A stretch of 30,620 nt of DNA from a virus (Duplodnaviria > Heunggongvirae > Uroviricota > Caudoviricetes). The first letter of the stretch is position 1, and each line of letters begins with the position of its first letter. Shown here piece after piece: positions 24,033 through 30,620 of the stretch. The translations under genes were made by a program, and so were the position numbers. The notes under the pieces were generated by a model. It did not search any database. It was given only the letters and a program-made list of their open reading frames with translations, and was not told the origin of the DNA. The DNA lies in IMG/VR virus record IMGVR_UViG_3300032050_000049, positions 1 to 30,620 of that record, one strand, 5' to 3'.

Positions 24033-24764
24033 ATGTATTACGGACCAAAGATTGTAACAAGTGGATTAGTATTGTGTTTGGATGCGGCTAATAAACGTAG
24101 TTATCCTGGCACTGGTACCACTTGGACAGATTTGAGTGGTAATAGTAATAATGGTACACTAATAAACGGTCCTACTTTTAACGCGGGTAATCAAGGTGGT
24201 ATAGTGTTCGATGGTACCAATGATTATATATCTATTGGTAGTCAGAATATAGTTGGAACTGGTACGTCTCCATTCTCTGTGGAATTATGTATATATAATA
24301 CTAAAAATTGGGGTGTTGGACAATATACGATGCCTTTTAGGGTTAAACAAGATAGTGAATTTTTTGTTACATTGTACAATCCATCAGGAACTTTATTAAG
24401 TACTCCGATTTTCAGAGGATACTACACTCAGTGGGCTACACCAGTTACCCAATCTGATTTTGTGAATAAATGGATATTTTTGAATTATGTATATAATGGC
24501 GGAGATAAAAGTACGGCAACATCATATGTTTCATATTTAAATGGGGTTCAACTCCCAACGGGAACTATAAACAATGGACCAGCCAACGGTGGGTTGGCAT
24601 CTAATTGTAATATTATCGGCGTAGATGGAGATAATGGATGTAATAGTATTAATAGTGGATTACTGCAAGGTAAAATAAGTTTGTATAAATTGTACAACAG
24701 AGCATTAAGTGCAGCTGAAGTATTGCAAAATTATAACGCAACTAAAAGTAGATTTGGATTATAA
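24033..24764 (+). CDS. LamG/concanavalin A-like lectin protein (paralogue 1)
   Basis: GPKIV..GLVLCLDAAN..SYPG.GTTW.DLSGN..FDGTNDY..YNRALS..E.LQNYNA.K.RFG. Confidence 0.8.
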   Translation: MYYGPKIVTSGLVLCLDAANKRSYPGTGTTWTDLSGNSNNGTLINGPTFNAGNQGGIVFDGTNDYISIGSQNIVGTGTSPFSVELCIYNTKNWGVGQYTMPFRVKQDSEFFVTLYNPSGTLLSTPIFRGYYTQWATPVTQSDFVNKWIFLNYVYNGGDKSTATSYVSYLNGVQLPTGTINNGPANGGLASNCNIIGVDGDNGCNSINSGLLQGKISLYKLYNRALSAAEVLQNYNATKSRFGL

Positions 24765-24773
24765 TTATAGTAT

Positions 24774-25433
24774 ATGGCAGGTAAAAGTGGACCAGATATT
24801 GTTGAAAATGGATTGGTATTGTGTTTGGATGCGGCTAATAAACTTAGCTATCGTGGCACAGGCACAACGTGGACTGATTTGAGTGGTAATAACAATACGA
24901 GTACACTAATAAACGGTCCTACATTTAGTACGGCTAATTTGGGTAGTATCGTATTTGATGGTACCGATGATTATGTAAATTGTGGTAATGGTGCCTCTCT
25001 GAAATTAACTTCAGGAACAGTAACTGTGTGGATGAAGACTACTTCTACAGCTGTAGCTTATCAAGGTATAGTGGTTAAGGCACTCAACTACGGAATATAT
25101 AATTATGGTGGTAATTTACTTCTTTACGATTGGGGTGCAGACACTAATAGAAATTCGGGTATATCTATTTCTGATGGAAATTGGAGATTTATTACATTAA
25201 ATTTTGCTAGTAATTCAGCAAACAACGCAAAGGTATATATAAACGGTGTATTAGTATATACCACAACGATGTATAAAACTAGTGATGATTACAGTTTAGG
25301 TATTTCTACAGGCAGTAGTGGATCTCAACTTTTTCCAGGCACTATTGGCAGTGTACAAATATACAACAGAGAATTAACTGCAACTGAAATATTACAAAAT
25401 TATAACGCAACTAAAAGTAGATTTGGAAGATAA
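24774..25433 (+). CDS. LamG/concanavalin A-like lectin protein (paralogue 2)
   Basis: Same N- and C-terminal signature, divergent core. Confidence 0.8.
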   Translation: MAGKSGPDIVENGLVLCLDAANKLSYRGTGTTWTDLSGNNNTSTLINGPTFSTANLGSIVFDGTDDYVNCGNGASLKLTSGTVTVWMKTTSTAVAYQGIVVKALNYGIYNYGGNLLLYDWGADTNRNSGISISDGNWRFITLNFASNSANNAKVYINGVLVYTTTMYKTSDDYSLGISTGSSGSQLFPGTIGSVQIYNRELTATEILQNYNATKSRFGR

Positions 25434-25444
25434 TTATACTGTAT

Positions 25445-26098
25445 ATGGGTATATCTAGAGGACCAAAAATTGTATCAAGCGGATTAGTATTGTGTTTGGA
25501 TGCGGCTAATAAAGTGAGTTATCCTGGCAGTGGTACCACTTGGACAGATTTAAGCGGTAATAACAATACAGGTACTCTTACAAATGGTCCTACATTTAGC
25601 GCTGGTAATCAAGGTAGTATAGTTTTTGATGGTACCAATGATTATGTAAATATAAGTTCATTAATAACTGGAAATCAATCTTTTTCTTGGGGTGCTTGGA
25701 TTAATCCCACTGCAACAGGAACGCCTGTGCTTTTTGGAAATGTTTCTACTGGATTAGCAATGCTTTCGTATTGGGACTCTGCCAATAATAAAGTGAGAGT
25801 TGGTACTTATGGTAATGATAGATTAACATCAGGAACTGCAATTCCACCTTCTACTTGGGGATATACTTTTTGGACTTGGAATGGAACTACGTTAACTTCA
25901 TATACAAATGGAATTGCAGACGGAACGGCGACTGGATTTTCATTTAATATTTCAAGTTTATATACAACTATAGGCAATGCTGTAAATAGTCAATATTTTA
26001 ATGGTCGTATATCACAAACTTTAGTTTACAACAGAGCATTAAGTGCAACTGAAGTATTGCAAAATTATAATGCTGTAAAAGGTAGATTTGGAAGATAA
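25445..26098 (+). CDS. LamG/concanavalin A-like lectin protein (paralogue 3)
   Basis: Same N- and C-terminal signature, divergent core. Confidence 0.8.
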   Translation: MGISRGPKIVSSGLVLCLDAANKVSYPGSGTTWTDLSGNNNTGTLTNGPTFSAGNQGSIVFDGTNDYVNISSLITGNQSFSWGAWINPTATGTPVLFGNVSTGLAMLSYWDSANNKVRVGTYGNDRLTSGTAIPPSTWGYTFWTWNGTTLTSYTNGIADGTATGFSFNISSLYTTIGNAVNSQYFNGRISQTLVYNRALSATEVLQNYNAVKGRFGR

Positions 26099-26143
26099 AT
26101 ATCTTAATTTGATGAATGTGTATAATTATGATATTTATATGAT

Positions 26144-29100
26144 ATGTTGACGTTAACAAAGGTATTACCAGCATTAATTTCAAGTGGTAGCTTTACTGGT
26201 TCATTTTATGGTACCAGCAGTTATTCAAAAAGAGCATTAACCGCAAGTTATGCTTTGAATGCGAGTGGCGGTAGTGGAACCAGTGGAACCAGTGGTGCAA
26301 CAGGCACAAGTGGTACCAGCGGTAATAGTGGAACCAGTGGCACAAGTGGTAACAGTGGTACTAATGGTACAAGCGGAAATAGTGGAAGTAGTGGAACAAG
26401 TGGTGGAGGAGCTTCATTAAATACAGGTAGTACTTATCCTATTACAAGCAGTTGGTCAAGAAAAGCAGTTACTGCTAGTTATTTAAATATTATAAGTCAA
26501 TCTTTAATACCAGCTAAAAATAACACATATAGTTTGGGTAATCCTACTAATAAATGGAAAGATATATATGTAAGTACCGCGAGTATTTATTTTGATAACT
26601 ATCCACTTACAGTTAATGTCACAAATAATATACCGAGACTCAATTTCTTCAGTAGTAGCATAGTAACAGTACCAATAGGTTCAAATACAAACACAGCCAG
26701 TTATGCGCTTAAAGCATTAACAGCTAGTTATGTGTCTGGTGGTGGTTCCGGTACATCAGGAACAAGTGGTACAAGTATCACTGCAAGTTTGCAAACAGGC
26801 AGTATTGCTAAACAAACCGTATTATACAATGTGGTCTCAGGCAGTCAAAACGTAATCACTGGGTTGAATTTGAGCGGAAATAAGTGGGGTGTAGATATCA
26901 AAGAAGAATGGGACTATGCGGTTGTACCAGGCGATCAATATTATAATAATGTAAATTTATTATTACGTCTCACCGGAAGCAACGGAAGTACAACATTTGT
27001 TGACAATAGTTCATCGCCGAAAACGATGACTGCTAATGGTAATGCTCAAATTAGTACGGCGCAAACTAAATTTAGTGGGGGTAGTCTTTATTTAGATGGT
27101 AATGGTGATTATCTTACTACACCAAATACAACTTCGTTGTTATTAGGTACAAATGATTTTACTATAGAGTGTTTCTTATATTTGACGCAAAATGGTACCA
27201 CAGCTGTAGGTGAAACATATGCACCATTAATACTATTAGGAAATTATTTTGCGGAAAATTCAAACAGTAGAGTTTTTTATTCATTTATATATAACGTACA
27301 AGCTGGAAATAAATTAAGTTTTTCAACAAAAGGTGGAAATAGTTTTGGGCAGCCCGATTATTATGGTGTTTCAAGTAATGCTATTAATATTCCATTGAAT
27401 ACTTGGGTACACGTTGCGGTGACCAGAACTTCAAATCAAATTAAATTTTGGTATAATGGATCGCTTGTAGGAACAGATAGCTCTGTATCTTGGAATTCAA
27501 TTAATTTAAATGTTACTCCTGGTGCTAATAATAACTTGTATATCGGAAGACAGAGTGGATTCAGCTCAGTTGATGGTGCTCTATGGCATTTTCCTGGGTA
27601 TTTGTCGAATATTAGAATTACAAACGGTGTGGCTAGATACACTGGCAATTTTACCCCAGCTACATCTCAATTTCCAACCAATGTAGGATCGACACAATAT
27701 GCAACAAAATATATTGGATTGATTGGCGGATTAAATGATAAAAATGTAGACTATGGAGTACAAAAACTAAGTGATAGTTCACTTAAAGTGGTTAAAATGT
27801 CTCAAACAACCACACCATTTCCAAGTGGGTCATTGAGTAGCAGTGTAGATAGAGTGTACGTAAATGTGCTTAATTACACAAACGTCAGTGTGACCAGCAG
27901 TTATGCTACAAATGCTTTGACCGCAAGTTATATATTGGGTGGAGGCGCAAATGGTAGTAGTGGTACCAGTGGCGCAACAGGATCAAGTGGCACCAGTGGA
28001 AACAGTGGTACGAGTGGATCATCTGGTACTAGTGCCACTGCTGGTAGCAGCGGTACAAGTGGAGTTGGTTCACCTGGCACAAGTGGTACAGCAGGATCAA
28101 GTGGCACAAGCATCACTGCTAGTTTGCAAACAGGCAGTATTGCTAAACAAACTATATTATATAATGTTGTATCTGGTAGTCAGAATGTTATAACCGGTTT
28201 AAATTTGAGTGGTAACAAGTGGGGTGTAGATATCAAAGAAGAATGGGACGCTGTAGTTGTACCAGGCGATCAATATTATAATAGTTGTAGCATATTATTA
28301 CATTTAAATGGTTCAAATGGTAGTACTACATTCGTTGATAATGGTCCCAATAACTTAACTGTTACAGGAGCTGGTGCTTCTATTAGTACTGTGCAGAGTA
28401 AGTTCGGAGGAGCTAGTGCTGTATTTTCCGGGGGAAATGCAATAACTTGGCCAGCTAGCAATTTATTTGCTTATGGATTGTTACCTTTTACCGTTGAATT
28501 CTGGGTATATCCAAATTCGGTATCTAGCGAATATATTTATGCGCAAACTAGACTTGGTGATAATTATTTTTTAATAGGAATTGGAGGTGGTGTACTGTAT
28601 TTAACATTTGGTGCTGGTGGAGGATCTTCAATATCAGGTGGATCTATATCTACTGGTACGTGGACCAATATCGCACTTGTAAGAGAAGGCACCGGAACAA
28701 ATCAAACAAAGTTATATATAAACGGAACTCAGGTTGCAGCAGGTACGTGTAATTATAATTTTTCCGATACTACTTTTGTACCAACTTTGGGTCGATACAC
28801 ACACACTTCGGCAAATGTATATAATGGATATGTAGATGAATTTCGTATAACCAAGGGAATTGCAAGATATACCAGTAACTTTACCCCACGAACATCCGAA
28901 TTTCAAAATAATGTTGGTTTAACACAATATGCTACTAAATATGTAGGTTTGATTGGTGGTTTGAATGATAGAAGTGTAGATTACGGTGTGCAAAAATTAA
29001 GTGACAGTTCGCTTAAAGTGGTGAAGATGACACAAACCACATCGCCTTTTCCAAGTGGATCGCTTAGCTCATCAGTAGATAGGGTATATGTTAACGTGCT

Positions 29101-30620
29101 TAATTACACAAACGTCAGTGTAACTAGCAGTTATGCTACAAATGCTTTAACTGCAAGTTATATATTAGGTGGCGGGGCAAATGGCAGTAGTGGTACCAGT
29201 GGTGCAACTGGCGCAACTGGAACGTCAGGTACTTCAGGTAATAGTGGAAGTAGTGGAACAAGTGGTGGGGGTGCTTCATTAACAACTGGTAGTACGTATC
29301 CTATTACAAGCAGTTGGTCTCGTAGATCTTTAACAGCTAGTTATGCATTAAATGCTAGTGGTGGTGGGTCTTCACTTGCAGTTGGACAAACATTTGTAAG
29401 CAATGGTAGTCAAACTGTATATACTTTGAGTCAAACCGCAGCCAATAGAGATCAAATACTTGTTGTAACCAATGGTGTAGTTCAAAGCAGAAGTGGTAGC
29501 AATTATACTGTAAGCGGTACAACTTTAACTTTGAGTGACCCCGTTCAAAGTGGTGGATTGATTGATGTTCGATTTATAAATGCTGGTCAAGGTTCAAGTG
29601 GCACAAGCGGTGCAAATGGTACTGTTCAAACAGGTAGCATTGCTAAACAAACCATATTATATAATGTAGTCTCAGGTAGTCAAAACGTAATTACCGGTTT
29701 GAATTTAAGCGGCAACAAGTGGGGTGTGGATATCAAAGAAGAATGGGATGCTGTAATTGTAGCCGGCGATCAATATTATAATAGCTGTAGTTTATTGATG
29801 CATTTTAATGGAAGTAATGGTAGTACTACATTTACTGATAATAGTAAAAATAATTTTACAGTTACATCGGTTAATGGTACGGCTATAAGTACCGATCAAA
29901 GTAAATTTGGCGGTGCAAGTGTATATTTTGATGGTACAAATGACTATCTTTCTATAACAAATAATTCAGCACTAAACTTATCGGGTGGGTCATATACAAT
30001 AGAATGTTGGATTCGTCCAACAGGCAATTATTCTAATTATAGGCCTATAATTGCAAAAAGAATTCCAGGCACTGGTACCAGTGCCTGGCAAGTTTACTTA
30101 AGAGTTACCACAGGATATCTTAGTTATTTTAACGGAACTGAAATTGTATCATCTACAACACCAACAGCAAATGTATGGAGTCACGTAGCTGCTGTTTATA
30201 ATGGAACTACAATTAATTTATATTTAAATGGTGTAAGTGTTTTGTCAACTGCTGTAGGAAATTCAGACGTTGATGCGTCGATTAATATTGGAGCTTTTCC
30301 ATCATTTGGCGAATATTTTATTGGTTATATAGATGAATTGAGAGTAACCAAAGGTATAGCTAGATATACTAGTAATTTTACACCGCCGACTTCTGAATTT
30401 CCAAATAATGCTAGTATAACGCAATATGCAACCAAATATGTTGGTTTGATTGGTGGTTTGAACGATAAAAGTGTAGATTACGGCGTACAGAAGTTGAGTG
30501 ATAGTTCGCTTAAGGTGGTAAAGATGAGTCAAACCACATCGCCATTTCCAAGTGGATCATTGAGCAGCAGTGTGGATAGGGTGTATGTGAATGTGTTGGA
30601 CTATAATAAAGTAAATGTGA
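26144..30620 (+). CDS. giant multi-LamG tail fibre/adhesin, 3' truncated by the window (not in ORF track)
   Basis: Translated by hand from ATG 26144 (MLTLTKVLPALISSGSF..) with no stop through 30620 (1492 codons); three LamG cassettes at about 26792, 28127 and 29627 separated by Gly-Ser/Thr tracts; TATTTATA at 26132-26139. Confidence 0.9.
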   Translation, partial: MLTLTKVLPALISSGSFTGSFYGTSSYSKRALTASYALNASGGSGTSGTSGATGTSGTSGNSGTSGTSGNSGTNGTSGNSGSSGTSGGGASLNTGSTYPITSSWSRKAVTASYLNIISQSLIPAKNNTYSLGNPTNKWKDIYVSTASIYFDNYPLTVNVTNNIPRLNFFSSSIVTVPIGSNTNTASYALKALTASYVSGGGSGTSGTSGTSITASLQTGSIAKQTVLYNVVSGSQNVITGLNLSGNKWGVDIKEEWDYAVVPGDQYYNNVNLLLRLTGSNGSTTFVDNSSSPKTMTANGNAQISTAQTKFSGGSLYLDGNGDYLTTPNTTSLLLGTNDFTIECFLYLTQNGTTAVGETYAPLILLGNYFAENSNSRVFYSFIYNVQAGNKLSFSTKGGNSFGQPDYYGVSSNAINIPLNTWVHVAVTRTSNQIKFWYNGSLVGTDSSVSWNSINLNVTPGANNNLYIGRQSGFSSVDGALWHFPGYLSNIRITNGVARYTGNFTPATSQFPTNVGSTQYATKYIGLIGGLNDKNVDYGVQKLSDSSLKVVKMSQTTTPFPSGSLSSSVDRVYVNVLNYTNVSVTSSYATNALTASYILGGGANGSSGTSGATGSSGTSGNSGTSGSSGTSATAGSSGTSGVGSPGTSGTAGSSGTSITASLQTGSIAKQTILYNVVSGSQNVITGLNLSGNKWGVDIKEEWDAVVVPGDQYYNSCSILLHLNGSNGSTTFVDNGPNNLTVTGAGASISTVQSKFGGASAVFSGGNAITWPASNLFAYGLLPFTVEFWVYPNSVSSEYIYAQTRLGDNYFLIGIGGGVLYLTFGAGGGSSISGGSISTGTWTNIALVREGTGTNQTKLYINGTQVAAGTCNYNFSDTTFVPTLGRYTHTSANVYNGYVDEFRITKGIARYTSNFTPRTSEFQNNVGLTQYATKYVGLIGGLNDRSVDYGVQKLSDSSLKVVKMTQTTSPFPSGSLSSSVDRVYVNVLNYTNVSVTSSYATNALTASYILGGGANGSSGTSGATGATGTSGTSGNSGSSGTSGGGASLTTGSTYPITSSWSRRSLTASYALNASGGGSSLAVGQTFVSNGSQTVYTLSQTAANRDQILVVTNGVVQSRSGSNYTVSGTTLTLSDPVQSGGLIDVRFINAGQGSSGTSGANGTVQTGSIAKQTILYNVVSGSQNVITGLNLSGNKWGVDIKEEWDAVIVAGDQYYNSCSLLMHFNGSNGSTTFTDNSKNNFTVTSVNGTAISTDQSKFGGASVYFDGTNDYLSITNNSALNLSGGSYTIECWIRPTGNYSNYRPIIAKRIPGTGTSAWQVYLRVTTGYLSYFNGTEIVSSTTPTANVWSHVAAVYNGTTINLYLNGVSVLSTAVGNSDVDASINIGAFPSFGEYFIGYIDELRVTKGIARYTSNFTPPTSEFPNNASITQYATKYVGLIGGLNDKSVDYGVQKLSDSSLKVVKMSQTTSPFPSGSLSSSVDRVYVNVLDYNKVNV

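Noticed and set aside
14381-30620. Diversity-generating retroelement acting on the fibre tips
   Set aside because: No reverse transcriptase, no non-coding template repeat, and differences between repeats are not adenine-specific; a DGR elsewhere in the genome cannot be excluded

Overview
AT-rich segment of a large tailed bacteriophage genome, read with standard code 11 (TAA, TAG and TGA all serve as stops; no suppressor tRNA seen). (1) 1-2803: dense + strand tRNA array with 11 tRNA or tRNA-like genes, all with encoded CCA: Lys-TTT, Glu-TTC, two aberrant CAT, fMet-CAT, two Ile-TAT with long variable arms, Leu-CAA and Leu-TAA with short variable loops, Gly-ACC, and an Ile2/Met-CAT. It is interleaved with four non-tRNA structured RNA candidates, repeated rrn-type boxA-like motifs, sigma70-like promoters and a free-standing PD-(D/E)XK endonuclease gene. 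(2) 2807-5489: four minus-strand genes, two probably structural. (3) 5564-10778: accessory genes (two 2OG-Fe(II) oxygenases, GNAT, DxDxDG protein, DUF1289-like protein, KOW/SH3-repeat protein, HAD-zincin fusion). (4) 10780-30620: a modular tail-fibre/adhesin cluster built from reused parts: Gly-Ser/Thr triplet tracts, YPIT(A/S)SW linkers, five LamG cassettes with conserved flanks, three six-blade Kelch-like C-termini and three small LamG paralogues. It ends in an ORF of at least 1492 codons (26144 to window end) that is missing from the supplied ORF track. The most novel-looking signals are the RNA architecture of the tRNA array and the cassette/blade shuffling in the fibre genes. All family calls come from motif recognition by eye; no searches or folding programs were run.
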